DNA of 25,191 nt from a virus (lineage: Duplodnaviria > Caudoviricetes). The stretch spans positions 1 to 25,191 of the IMG/VR virus record IMGVR_UViG_3300025610_000129. The stretch is one strand, 5' to 3'. Positions 6,186-16,288 of the stretch are shown here, one piece after another (position 1 is the first letter of the stretch; each line of letters starts with the position of its first letter). The position numbers were made by a program, and so were the translations under genes. The notes beneath the pieces were generated by a model that was given only the letters and a program-made list of their open reading frames with translations, did no database searches and was not told the DNA's origin.

Positions 6186-9100
6186 TTATGGAATTGCGTT
6201 AAATATAAATTCGTGACCGTAATCACTTACAACTTTTACAGGGTCTTTTGACCGTTCACGCCAGTTGTCGAAGCGTTCCATACCGATAACCATCAATTCA
6301 AAAAGTTCGTTTTCTTTTTGTGCTGGTAGTGGCTTTCCTGTAGCTATCATTTCCATAACTAACTCACCGACTTTTGGATTAGTGAGTGCCATCGAAAGTA
6401 TGCTCATATTTTTACGGCGCATTTCCTGTAGTACGGCTTCAGTACCAACATACCGAAAGCTTACCACACCGCGATTGATAGCATAGAAGCGGCTGATGTA
6501 ACTTTCGATAGAGAATTTGCGAGGGATGCCTGTCATGTTAAGTCCCTGCACACCCGCAAGCTTCTCGTTTGCTACAAACTGTACAATGCTTTCATACACA
6601 TCATATGTTTTTTTACCGACTATGGATTTAACAACTTCTCTTTGGGCAGGATCGTTGAAGCCCATAATAGTCTTTAGCTGTTCGTCATCAAGATCAACCT
6701 CTGGAATCAATTTAGTCGGATTCGCAGGGTCTGGGGTGTGTACGCCTGTAAGCTTAAAGGCTTTCTTTTCTACCTCATCTACGATCAAAGCTTTTAGGAT
6801 GGCGTTTATTTCATCGTCTGTACGACCTAGAAGCTTGAGATGCTGCTTGACCTCTGCTACCCGTGCAGTCCCGCCAGATATCAAAACCGACGCGGCATCC
6901 GCTGCATCTAATCGTCCAGCAGAAAACCGCTCTAGGTACTTGCGGCTGTCCTGAAGCCCGTTCTTTATTATGGTTGCTTCTTTGGTAACCCGTGCCGCTT
7001 CACGCTTAATTGCGCTGTTCATCTTTTCGACACCCGCATTGAAGATGTCTTCATTCAAAGAATCTGGGCTAAAGTCGGGGAACACATCGCGCATGATGCG
7101 TTGACTATCTATCATAGCAATTTCTTTGCCATCTTCTGTGAATCCGACAAATGCATTTTCAAGGGATGCTGCCTTGCGCCTGAATTCATTGAAGTCAATA
7201 GGCTTGCCAGATGTGACCGTATTAATCATCCATTCACGCATGTGAGCACCAAGCACCTCACGGAAAGCTTGACCTTCTGCGCTGTTGAGTGCAATACGAT
7301 AGGTACCTGTAGTTGGATCTAGCTGACCGATACCTTCTGCCAAAGAACGCATCAATCTTGCTTGCTCTTCAGGTTTGGCATCCGCTACTTTGTCTAGATT
7401 TAACCAAGTTGTTGGGGCATTCTTGCCGTAGTCAATGCCAAGAGGATAGTCTACAGAATTGCCAACAGGCTTTCTTGCTTTTTTGTCTGACCAACCAAGC
7501 CACTTACTTAAATTTTCATCGTCGTAGAATCTGCGCTTGTATTCAGACCAACCTTCGTTTGCCCTTGCTAAGTATTCTCTAACTGAAGATGTACCTGTTG
7601 GTGACGCTTCATCTGCTACGTAAAGCTGATCTAGGGTTATGACTTGACCGTTTTCCAAACGAACAGAGAAGCTATCCATTGTTCCTTCCGCAATGTTTTC
7701 AAGATTTCTAATCTTTGCAGAAGCGGCTTCTGGTGCCTTAAATGCCATTTGGCCCAACGCATCAGTCAGTTCTTTTGCCTGAATAAACGTCATAGGCAGA
7801 ACGCCTACATCGATGTCTTGGGCTGCTAAGTCTTTTCTGATCTGCATCGCAGCGAACAGGTTTCTAGGTATGCGTTTGTCATAGTCACCAGCAGCCTGTA
7901 TTGCATCGTTTACCAAGTCATCTACAGATACGCCTTGTCTTTCAGCAACTGTACTTAAGAATCCGCCAGCAACATCATCCAAGAATGCAAAGGTTTTACT
8001 GCTTTGTGATCTAGATAAGGTTTTACCAGACATCTCAAGCAGAATGGTTATACCGTCGTCTGTCCCAAGAACATTGAACATTTCATCTAGAACAGGTCCA
8101 GCGTCAGTTGTAGGCGTACCTTGAATACGTTGGCCCGTCGAGGTAACAAACACTTCCGCGTCTAGCTTACGGTACGGCGCAGAAGCTATGTTACGTTCCC
8201 GTAAATTTGCGCTTTCAACAACTGCAGCTAGTGCATCCCCGGCAGTTTGTATTTGTCCGTTCTTTACAGGCGCACGTCCGGGACGTATGATTCTTCCGTC
8301 AGGCAGTACTTTTTCTACCTTGTTTTGTACATCTCCCTGTGTAGGCAACGCCCGTCCAATTTGATTAGCCTTTTGCTTGACTGCGTCTAAGAGGCTGGCG
8401 TCTGTTCGACGTACTTCGTTGCGGATAGCTTCTACACTTTTATTGTCTATTTGACTGATGTTGTGTTCAGCAAGATTGTCGAATGTGGTTCTCAAGTCTG
8501 CAACCGAACCGTCAGACAACGCTTGTAGGTTTTCTGATCCACCTAAAATCTGACCTTTTACATGCTTTTCATAGTTACGACCTAACACATCCAAGTCTGA
8601 ATCTAACTGCCGGATCATGCCATCAGCATGTTTCAAAGCTGCATCTACAGTTTCATAAAGCTTGTTTACGGCAGTACCTTTTGTCTGTACGCCTTGTGCA
8701 TTTGCAAGTGTTTGCAACGTAGTGCGAAGTTCTGCAGCAAACTTTTGTTGTAGTGCCAAGTTCTCTGTGAGGGCTTGAAAGTTACCACCAAACCCTGCAG
8801 CTTGAGGGCCGTTCATCTCTATTCGGTGACCTTCTTCGATTACCTGCAAAACCGACAAGCCCATCATACGAATTACAGATCTATTTAGTACTTCGGGATT
8901 TACGCCTACCTGTAGCAACTCCTGTTTCAAACCCTCAAAGTACTTCACACGAGTCAGAAGTGCTTCTTGGAAGTCCGGATCTAGATTCCTCATGTTCGTA
9001 AGAACCATGTCCGCTGCATCTAGTAGCTTTGCATCTGAGGCTTTTTCTAGGTTGAACTTTTTAAGAAGTGTCTTTGCCTCGTTGCGTCCACGAAGTAAGC

Positions 9101-10871
9101 TGTAACCTATACCCCCCAGCACACCTACAAATTCGCCAAGAGCGGGATCTCCACCGTATATTTCAAATGCTTGATTTGCAGCTACAGAACCTATAACTAT
9201 GTACTTGTCCTGTTTAGCAGCTTCCCGCATAAACTTTGGAACTTCTGATTGTGCAACGATGGAACGCAATTCGGTATTCGTTACATCTAGTTTCCGATCT
9301 ACCTCTGCTAGTCTTTCAAGTTCACTAGGGTTTAAGTCTCTACCCTCGCTCCGTGCACGATCAATAATGCCGTTTTTTTGTCCTTGTAAGTTCGTTCTGT
9401 ATCTTGTCATGTTACGAACTTCTATACGATTGTCTGCAGCTAACGCGGCATCTGTAAGCTGCATACCTGCTCTAAACCGACTACTTACACGAATACCGTT
9501 GATAAATGCAATTGGTTTAGCTGCTATTTTAGCAACACCACCAAGAAGTTTAACATCGTACAGTTCCTGTGATAGTCCAGCTACATCTTTACCGAACATC
9601 TGAGACTTACGAATGTCGATGTACTTTTGCATAACAGCTTCTGGGGATTCATTTGGGAAACGCTTTGTGTAATCGTCTGACCAGTTCTTGAACATACGGG
9701 CTTCATTAGCACCGCCGAAACCTATACCAGCTACATCAAACCCTCTTTTTAGAAGGGTTCCTGTCTTAGTTGGTCCAACCACTTCAGCCGTAGTGGCTAC
9801 GGCCTGAGTTCCTATGCCAGAAAACCTCCGGGCAATAGCTTCAGCTACTGGATAAGAAACATCTAAGCCAAGCTGCGTGTATCTATCTTGTACTGCCGCC
9901 GCCATGCGTGGAAAGTATCTGTCAAAGAAGCGTTGACGATCAACAGAATCACCTAGATCAAAACCTTCTGTATCCATATCCTCAGATATGGCGTCGTAGG
10001 CTTCACCCAGAACATATGCGCCAGCTTCAAACGGAAACTTGACTACTTCATTCGTTAAACCGACTAGTTTTGATGCATCACCAAAACCGACCCCACCGAA
10101 TTGTGGAAGATTTACGCTGTGGGATACGATCCCAGCGATTGTACGGTCATCTTTGACACCTTGATTTCTTAGGAAAGTTACAAACTGATTGGCAAAAATT
10201 GCACGGTTGGTTTCATCATCTACGCCCGTGTTTATCATATATCTGTAGTTTTCTTCATCAGAAACCATAGGAATAGCCGCAAGCTTATCCCGAATATTTT
10301 CTGGAGTACTGGTGAGATCTTCTACTAGTTTATCATAAGGTAGTGGAACAGTCTGAACGTTATCGCCTACTTGATATGAAAGACTCGTTGCTTTTCCCTG
10401 ATCTAAGATGTTTAGTCTTGTTTCATAGTCGTCTGCAGAGGTAAACGCAAACCGTTCGCCAGTTTTTGACTCAGCGTAGTTTGCTTCCATCACGTCTTGT
10501 TTTTTTAAGTCCAAATCTCGTACAGAAACAATTTGTGTGATTTTTGTTTCATCCAAAACTGGACGACGACGCTTAACTACAGCCTTTGCACCCAAGAATG
10601 GTTCACCGTATTCGTATTCAATCTTGAGTGGGTCTGGATCTAGGGCAGGTTCTTGTGATATTTCTTTGCCTAAACCAAACGGTGCAAGGAAAGGAAAGTC
10701 CTCACCTCGTGGATCAGCTTCGCCTGACGGTAGAGGTGCGTATGTTTTTCTAGGCACTTGAAGCTGGTCGGTTTGCTCCTTCGCCTCTCCTAAAAGACTT
10801 ACAGTAGGATTGGTAGTTTTAGCAACCTTTTTAGCTACATCTTCAAACAGTGAAAACCCGTCTTGTGGCAT
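6186..10871 (-). CDS. Large putative internal virion / ejection protein (1561 aa)
   Basis: Very long helical-looking ORF at the end of a cluster downstream of the tail genes. It has Gly-rich hydrophobic segments (e.g. ALGEFVGVLGGIGYSLL). The function is positional inference by analogy with T7 gp16 / P22 gp16. Confidence 0.7.
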   Translation of the reverse strand: MPQDGFSLFEDVAKKVAKTTNPTVSLLGEAKEQTDQLQVPRKTYAPLPSGEADPRGEDFPFLAPFGLGKEISQEPALDPDPLKIEYEYGEPFLGAKAVVKRRRPVLDETKITQIVSVRDLDLKKQDVMEANYAESKTGERFAFTSADDYETRLNILDQGKATSLSYQVGDNVQTVPLPYDKLVEDLTSTPENIRDKLAAIPMVSDEENYRYMINTGVDDETNRAIFANQFVTFLRNQGVKDDRTIAGIVSHSVNLPQFGGVGFGDASKLVGLTNEVVKFPFEAGAYVLGEAYDAISEDMDTEGFDLGDSVDRQRFFDRYFPRMAAAVQDRYTQLGLDVSYPVAEAIARRFSGIGTQAVATTAEVVGPTKTGTLLKRGFDVAGIGFGGANEARMFKNWSDDYTKRFPNESPEAVMQKYIDIRKSQMFGKDVAGLSQELYDVKLLGGVAKIAAKPIAFINGIRVSSRFRAGMQLTDAALAADNRIEVRNMTRYRTNLQGQKNGIIDRARSEGRDLNPSELERLAEVDRKLDVTNTELRSIVAQSEVPKFMREAAKQDKYIVIGSVAANQAFEIYGGDPALGEFVGVLGGIGYSLLRGRNEAKTLLKKFNLEKASDAKLLDAADMVLTNMRNLDPDFQEALLTRVKYFEGLKQELLQVGVNPEVLNRSVIRMMGLSVLQVIEEGHRIEMNGPQAAGFGGNFQALTENLALQQKFAAELRTTLQTLANAQGVQTKGTAVNKLYETVDAALKHADGMIRQLDSDLDVLGRNYEKHVKGQILGGSENLQALSDGSVADLRTTFDNLAEHNISQIDNKSVEAIRNEVRRTDASLLDAVKQKANQIGRALPTQGDVQNKVEKVLPDGRIIRPGRAPVKNGQIQTAGDALAAVVESANLRERNIASAPYRKLDAEVFVTSTGQRIQGTPTTDAGPVLDEMFNVLGTDDGITILLEMSGKTLSRSQSSKTFAFLDDVAGGFLSTVAERQGVSVDDLVNDAIQAAGDYDKRIPRNLFAAMQIRKDLAAQDIDVGVLPMTFIQAKELTDALGQMAFKAPEAASAKIRNLENIAEGTMDSFSVRLENGQVITLDQLYVADEASPTGTSSVREYLARANEGWSEYKRRFYDDENLSKWLGWSDKKARKPVGNSVDYPLGIDYGKNAPTTWLNLDKVADAKPEEQARLMRSLAEGIGQLDPTTGTYRIALNSAEGQAFREVLGAHMREWMINTVTSGKPIDFNEFRRKAASLENAFVGFTEDGKEIAMIDSQRIMRDVFPDFSPDSLNEDIFNAGVEKMNSAIKREAARVTKEATIIKNGLQDSRKYLERFSAGRLDAADAASVLISGGTARVAEVKQHLKLLGRTDDEINAILKALIVDEVEKKAFKLTGVHTPDPANPTKLIPEVDLDDEQLKTIMGFNDPAQREVVKSIVGKKTYDVYESIVQFVANEKLAGVQGLNMTGIPRKFSIESYISRFYAINRGVVSFRYVGTEAVLQEMRRKNMSILSMALTNPKVGELVMEMIATGKPLPAQKENELFELMVIGMERFDNWRERSKDPVKVVSDYGHEFIFNAIP

Positions 10872-10872
10872 A

Positions 10873-13800
10873 TTAACTCCCGCGTATTCCGGCTACGGTG
10901 GCCTTATACAATGGTGAATTTTTAATTTCGTCAGTAAGTTCGGTTACGGCAGGTTGTTTTCTAAGACTCAAAGCACGATTGTATGCTTTCAGTAGATCAG
11001 CCTCACTCATGTTTGCAGCCGCGTTTTCGCCTGTTGCCAGTGCTTTATTAAGTTTGTTTGTTGCATAGCTGATAGCTGCATCGACACTGGTGTACGGTTG
11101 TGCTATGACATCTGCACGGGTCATAAAGTCGTCAGCAATAGCAACCGCTGCATTATCAAGAACGTTAGGTGAACTCAGGTAAGTTGCACGTATACGTATG
11201 TCTTTTAGCATATCCCGTGCTGCAAATAAAGCAGCTTTTTGTGATTTCTGGCTGGCAAAAGTTCCCTGACGTAGTGAGCCTAATATCAAAGCCACGTCTT
11301 GGTCAGAGATTGTACGTCCGCCTGTGCCGCCCTGAATAGCTGCAGCAAGTTCGTAGGCAAGAACCGTGATGTGGAATTCACGAGCCGCAAGAAGTCTTTT
11401 TTCAGCACTGTCAGCTTCGTTGATTGCTTTTGCAACTTGTGCTGCGTCTTTCCTCAGTTCCTGTACAGCCGCTGGGCTAAACATGTCAACGGCGTTACCT
11501 GCAGTAGATAACAGGCTATTTACAAAAGTGTTAGCTACTTCAGTTTCGTCTAAGTTTGTAGGATCATCACCCGTAACAAACTTTACTAGACGGTTTTTAA
11601 ATTCTCCTGATAAGTACTGGATACCTTCTACTGTTAAGAGAGCATTTGCAAATGCAGTACTAGGTAAATCACTACCATCTACAGGATTAACAAAAGTTCT
11701 AAGGGCGTTTACGATTACAGCATCCGCACGGTTAGTTGAATCGACCACACCTTTGTAGTCTAGTCTACGTTGCTGGCCTTGCGAGGTGTTGTTCAAACCA
11801 TACTTTTCTTGTAGCAAGCCTGTTTGATATGCCCCTGTGACAGACATAAATCCTCTGACTGTTGTGATTATGTCTTCAGTATCACCGCCGCCTATAGCTA
11901 CTGCCTGATTAGCTATTCTTCTTTTTGCATCTGAATCTAAAGCGATTAAAACTGAATCTGAATCGGGATCAGACGCATTTACTGTTGCAATAAACGCATC
12001 TAACTCAGTAACAGGAGGTACAACCTGTTTAGGAGGCTCGTTAGGCTTATCTTGCACGGTTTTACCCGGTACAATTATGTTGTTAGCCATTGTTTTCAGA
12101 GCGTCTAATGAAGGTTGGTTCTCAGAAGGAATAGGGTTACCGTTGGGATCTTTAGAAATTTCGCCCGTAACGTAGTTTACCTTATCCTTAATTAACCTAC
12201 CTAAAAATCTTTCAGCCTTAACTTTATCGCCTGTTGCTGAAAGTAGTGTAGGATACAAAACCGACTCAACGAAAGGCTTATATTCTGGACCAGCGACCTT
12301 ACCTACAATCAGGTTACCAATATCATTTCCTGCTGGATCAGTGACGGGTTCATCGACAACAACGACTGCGCTGTCAGGGTGCTGCTGTCCTAAAGTAACT
12401 TGAAGCTGTTGTTTCTTGTCTTCGTTTCCTTGCAGATCTATAGATCTAAGATACTCGTTCATGCCGTTTACAGCAAGCATAGAACCAAAACCCTGATTCA
12501 AAGCTGCATTACGTGCAGACGTAGTCAAGTTTATAGACACTTGACCCTCTTGCATCGTAGTGGGTTTCAAGTAATTAATAAGTACAGGCCCAAAATTTCT
12601 AACGTATTCTGCAGCTATTTCTGGTTTAGAATTTATGTATTCTAGGTTAGGGAATGTATTTGAATGAATAGCTGTTAGCTTTTCTATTTCAGATTGTTCA
12701 TCCTTTGCACCTATAATAGTACCGTTTGGCATTTCCATGTGTACAGTATACTTGGACAAATCCATAGCTTTAGAAGCTGCTGCATTTTCCTTTTTTGCAC
12801 TGAATGAAGAATAGTCGGTTTTCGGTGTTATAGTTTTACCGTCTGCACTGATTGTTACGAGACGTTGTTGAGTAGCCCGTGCTCTATCTTTATTGGTAAA
12901 CTCATCATCTGTATCTAATATTTCAGTTCCGTCATCTAAGATGTACTGAGTTGCAGTGGAAGTTCTGAGATCTGTAGAGATTTCAGTTACAAGACGATCC
13001 CCAACAAATCTACCTTTTCTGATGTCGGCTTCCGGATAGCCCTCACCTATAAAGAAGTTAGGGTCTTTTCTTTTTATAATAACATCTCTGCCGCTAGGAG
13101 ATTTGCCATAAACAAAGGAGTATTCGTCGCCCGTTTCTTTTTCAGGTTCTTGATAGTCCTTGTCGGATCTGCTTTCCAAATTTCCGTTTATAAACTTATC
13201 TGTAACATGACGAATAGGAAGCCCATCTCTACGCGATATGCGTACAGCCTCTGCTTCTGAATCCACTTTTTTGCCACCGATATAAAAGCTGTCACGGAAT
13301 TCAACTCTATCTGGTCCTTTTAAGGCGGCAAGGGTTTCTTTATTTATGTAGTCGTATTTGCCATCTACCGATTGACCGATAAACGGAAACTGAGCAGATC
13401 CCAATTTTAGTTGGTTTACCGATGGTCCCATAGCTGCAGCAGCTTGGGCACGGGTCATAGGTGTTCCGTTAATATTGAAAATATCTTCAATCTTAGAATC
13501 ACCCTCGTAGTCTTTAAAACCACTCTTATAGTTGCCTGTTTGAATGATTTTAGAACCTTGAGGCAATCTAAACGGGCTACCGATAGAATGCATACCTAGT
13601 GCACCGTCTTGTGTTTTATAAACGTATCGGGGGGTGTTTTCGTCTACGCGAACCCTCTCTGCTTCTGCCGCCTCTGCAGTAGCAGCTTTAGCTTCTTTTT
13701 CTTCTATTCTTTTAAGTTCTTCGCGTTCACGATCACTTTTTGCTTTTACGCCACCTGCATACGTAGCAAGAAGCAAAAGTTTATCCAAGCCCATACTCAT
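10873..13800 (-). CDS. Putative internal virion / DNA-transfer protein (975 aa)
   Basis: Hydrophobic N-terminus followed by a charged coil. The C-terminal helical region has LAYELAAAIQGGTGGRTISDQDV, a GxxSDxD-type motif I associate with podovirus ejection proteins. Position supports the call. Confidence 0.65.
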   Translation of the reverse strand: MSMGLDKLLLLATYAGGVKAKSDREREELKRIEEKEAKAATAEAAEAERVRVDENTPRYVYKTQDGALGMHSIGSPFRLPQGSKIIQTGNYKSGFKDYEGDSKIEDIFNINGTPMTRAQAAAAMGPSVNQLKLGSAQFPFIGQSVDGKYDYINKETLAALKGPDRVEFRDSFYIGGKKVDSEAEAVRISRRDGLPIRHVTDKFINGNLESRSDKDYQEPEKETGDEYSFVYGKSPSGRDVIIKRKDPNFFIGEGYPEADIRKGRFVGDRLVTEISTDLRTSTATQYILDDGTEILDTDDEFTNKDRARATQQRLVTISADGKTITPKTDYSSFSAKKENAAASKAMDLSKYTVHMEMPNGTIIGAKDEQSEIEKLTAIHSNTFPNLEYINSKPEIAAEYVRNFGPVLINYLKPTTMQEGQVSINLTTSARNAALNQGFGSMLAVNGMNEYLRSIDLQGNEDKKQQLQVTLGQQHPDSAVVVVDEPVTDPAGNDIGNLIVGKVAGPEYKPFVESVLYPTLLSATGDKVKAERFLGRLIKDKVNYVTGEISKDPNGNPIPSENQPSLDALKTMANNIIVPGKTVQDKPNEPPKQVVPPVTELDAFIATVNASDPDSDSVLIALDSDAKRRIANQAVAIGGGDTEDIITTVRGFMSVTGAYQTGLLQEKYGLNNTSQGQQRRLDYKGVVDSTNRADAVIVNALRTFVNPVDGSDLPSTAFANALLTVEGIQYLSGEFKNRLVKFVTGDDPTNLDETEVANTFVNSLLSTAGNAVDMFSPAAVQELRKDAAQVAKAINEADSAEKRLLAAREFHITVLAYELAAAIQGGTGGRTISDQDVALILGSLRQGTFASQKSQKAALFAARDMLKDIRIRATYLSSPNVLDNAAVAIADDFMTRADVIAQPYTSVDAAISYATNKLNKALATGENAAANMSEADLLKAYNRALSLRKQPAVTELTDEIKNSPLYKATVAGIRGS

Positions 13801-14348
13801 CGTGCGGTTTCCTCTACATCAAGAAATGATTCAGACGGTTCAACCACAATAGCCGTGTAGTCGCCCTTTGTCTTTTCTATAAAATCATCTACCTGCATAC
13901 GTTGCTGTCGGTTTATTTCCTCGTTCATCTTCAGGTACATTTCAGGGTTACGTTGTTTCATAATCCTGAAGAAACCGACATCGTCTACCTGACCTTCTTC
14001 TGGTGGTTCACGGAACATCACAGGTTCGAAGCCTTCTTCTAGAGCCATACTAAATAAGAACACACCGATTGCAGGTTTGATTAGTTCTGCAACATCAGGA
14101 TTGTAATAGCCGCCCATAAATCCCTTGAAAGATACCTGATTAACAAGTTCCTCGACAGTGATACCTGCAAGCATCATCTTTAGGAGATCTTCGCGGGTAT
14201 TGTCGTCTTGTAATTTTTGAGTTATGTAATCGATGGCATCATCTGGATCTGCGTAGACAGGGGGTCTTTCCCACGGCCACCTTCCCGGTTCGTCGGTTAG
14301 CGAGTGTCCGGGTGGTGCAGCGAGAGGTGTAATCTTATCTCTAGCCAT
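13797..14348 (-). CDS. Conserved-looking phage protein (183 aa) within internal-virion cluster
   Basis: N-terminal PPGHSLTDEPGRWPWERPP motif, which I recall from marine podoviruses. ATGA overlap with the next gene. Confidence 0.75.
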   Translation of the reverse strand: MARDKITPLAAPPGHSLTDEPGRWPWERPPVYADPDDAIDYITQKLQDDNTREDLLKMMLAGITVEELVNQVSFKGFMGGYYNPDVAELIKPAIGVFLFSMALEEGFEPVMFREPPEEGQVDDVGFFRIMKQRNPEMYLKMNEEINRQQRMQVDDFIEKTKGDYTAIVVEPSESFLDVEETAR

Positions 14349-14353
14349 ATTTG

Positions 14354-14938
14354 TTAATCCTTATCAATGCCTTTTGTATACGGTGATGTTCGTGTGGCTG
14401 TTCGTCTGACACTAACCTTACCAATAGTCGTGGAACCGACGGGCTGCACTTGTGCAAGTATCCGTTTAGGTACACGTGTCTCTAAGCGTTTAGCTAAAAA
14501 CTTCAATAGGTCTGGGTTGGAAAGAGATGCTTGCACGAGGCCGTTTCGTCCGACTGGCAACGCTGAAAAATCTGTGTCTGTACGAATACGATTAGGTGAT
14601 ACCATATCATAGTCTGGTAGTTGGCGCATATCCCGAAACATGTCATTCTTTTTGGTTTCGGTTTTTGTAGGTTTTCCTGTGCTGCCACTAGCCAGATTAC
14701 TTATACCTGTTGTTACCCAACCCGGAACGTACTTGTTCACCGTCGATTGTAAGCTAGAACCTTGATATGGATCTATGTCCAAAAAATTCATAGCTGCACC
14801 TGTTACACTACTTGCTAGGGATTGATCTTTACCAAACGTTTCAAATTCGTTGCTTGCAGTTGTTTCCCCACCAAAATATGTTTTGGCTGCACTTCCAACT
14901 AAGGCAGCAGCACCGTAAGCTATCCAATTAGTTGCCAT
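14354..14938 (-). CDS. Putative small internal virion protein (194 aa, T7 gp14-like position and N-terminus)
   Basis: Ala/Gly hydrophobic N-terminus (WIAYGAAALVGSAA), basic C-terminus and GGAAAGAG RBS. Function is inference. Confidence 0.6.
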   Translation of the reverse strand: MATNWIAYGAAALVGSAAKTYFGGETTASNEFETFGKDQSLASSVTGAAMNFLDIDPYQGSSLQSTVNKYVPGWVTTGISNLASGSTGKPTKTETKKNDMFRDMRQLPDYDMVSPNRIRTDTDFSALPVGRNGLVQASLSNPDLLKFLAKRLETRVPKRILAQVQPVGSTTIGKVSVRRTATRTSPYTKGIDKD

Positions 14939-14951
14939 CGTGTCTCTTTCC

Positions 14952-16286
14952 TTATGAGAATATGTTATCTATCGTGGTAACGATCAAGTAGTCTTCAAAC
15001 TTGTCTTCGTACATATCTTTGTTTGCTGCAATTGCTGCAGATTGCATAGCTGCGTTGTGTGCACGATCCTTTGCGTTTTCAGAAACCTTCATGTTCCAAG
15101 ATGCTTGATCGCGGTACGCTTGCCAAATGTTATTCATTGCATTTTGCTGAATACCCAACAGGCTGAGTATGTTCTGTCGATTTGCGTCGTTTAGTGCAGC
15201 AGTATTTGCCGTGTTGATGTTTCTGCGCCACGTTGCATTACTTTGATCAATTTGCATCCGCATGTTTGCGTTAAATTGATCGCGGGTTGTTTCCATTTGG
15301 GCGTTGAACTCATCAACAGCAACTTTGGTATTGATGTTAAATTGTTCTAAACTTGCAACACGATTTAAACTTGTGTTCGTGATAGACGATGCAAGTTCCT
15401 CGTAGAACATGTTTACTTCGTTTTGTGACTTTGCATTGAACTGCCGTGCAGCGTTTTCAGCGGCAGTATCAGAAAGAAGCGCAGACACCTTACTTTGGTA
15501 GGTTATTGTATTTGATTTTTGTTCATTATCTAAATTTGCAAGGTCGAGAGAAAGAAATGCCTTTGCATTGTTTACAGCTGCTACTTGTCGGTTGTTCAGG
15601 TTAGCCATATCCATTGCAGCCATAGTTGCGGCGTTTTGCAAGGTTGCTTCTTGTTCGTTGGACAGGTTTTTAAGTTGAATGGTCGCGTATTTATTAGCGT
15701 CTGATTCGGCAATAGGGATACCAGATTCGATAACGGCTTGTACCATAGCTGCAGAAGCCATAGAACTTGTGCCCAAACCTCGTGCGTTCATCAAGCCTGA
15801 TACTTTTCGAACAGCAGGAGAAGCCCACGGGGGCATAGGTTTGCCAGCACTGACGCTTGCCATCAACTGTGCTAGTTGGTATTGAGTTGTGGCTCTTTGG
15901 TCTAATTCCGCTGTTGCTGCTGTAGCCAAACTAGCGGGAGAAACCGACCCTTGAGCGGCAGTCATAATGGTGTTATTTGACAGGTTACCTTGTGCCGCTT
16001 TTGCTTCACCTACTTTTGGTTCGGCTTGTGCTGATCTGTACTCTTCTGCTGGCGTTACAGTAGGTGGAGATTGAACAAACTTTGTCCCATCTACCACTGC
16101 AGGTTTAGCAACAGTAGGTGCGCCGATTGTTTTTTGAGACGCATCGAGGAGTTCGTCTTTTTTTACTTGTTGAAGAACAGGAGTGATTTCTTGTTCTGGT
16201 TCCAACGATGCTTGAGTTGCCTGTTCAAGCATCTTTTGCTTTGCTTCTTCCTCTGTAGCAGGTACATCTCTTTCATCTTGTGCCAT
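14952..16286 (-). CDS. Putative ejection / DNA pilot protein with long Asn/Gln/Ala hendecad coiled coil (444 aa)
   Basis: Pro/Glu-rich N-terminus, an ARGLGTSS motif, then 16 consecutive 11-residue units (aa 204-379). Confidence 0.72.
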   Translation of the reverse strand: MAQDERDVPATEEEAKQKMLEQATQASLEPEQEITPVLQQVKKDELLDASQKTIGAPTVAKPAVVDGTKFVQSPPTVTPAEEYRSAQAEPKVGEAKAAQGNLSNNTIMTAAQGSVSPASLATAATAELDQRATTQYQLAQLMASVSAGKPMPPWASPAVRKVSGLMNARGLGTSSMASAAMVQAVIESGIPIAESDANKYATIQLKNLSNEQEATLQNAATMAAMDMANLNNRQVAAVNNAKAFLSLDLANLDNEQKSNTITYQSKVSALLSDTAAENAARQFNAKSQNEVNMFYEELASSITNTSLNRVASLEQFNINTKVAVDEFNAQMETTRDQFNANMRMQIDQSNATWRRNINTANTAALNDANRQNILSLLGIQQNAMNNIWQAYRDQASWNMKVSENAKDRAHNAAMQSAAIAANKDMYEDKFEDYLIVTTIDNIFS

Positions 16287-16288
16287 AC

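Noticed and set aside
6186-10871. Virion RNA polymerase as the identity of the 1561-aa protein
   Set aside because: No DxDGD or T7/N4-type polymerase motifs were seen; it cannot be fully excluded without a structure search.
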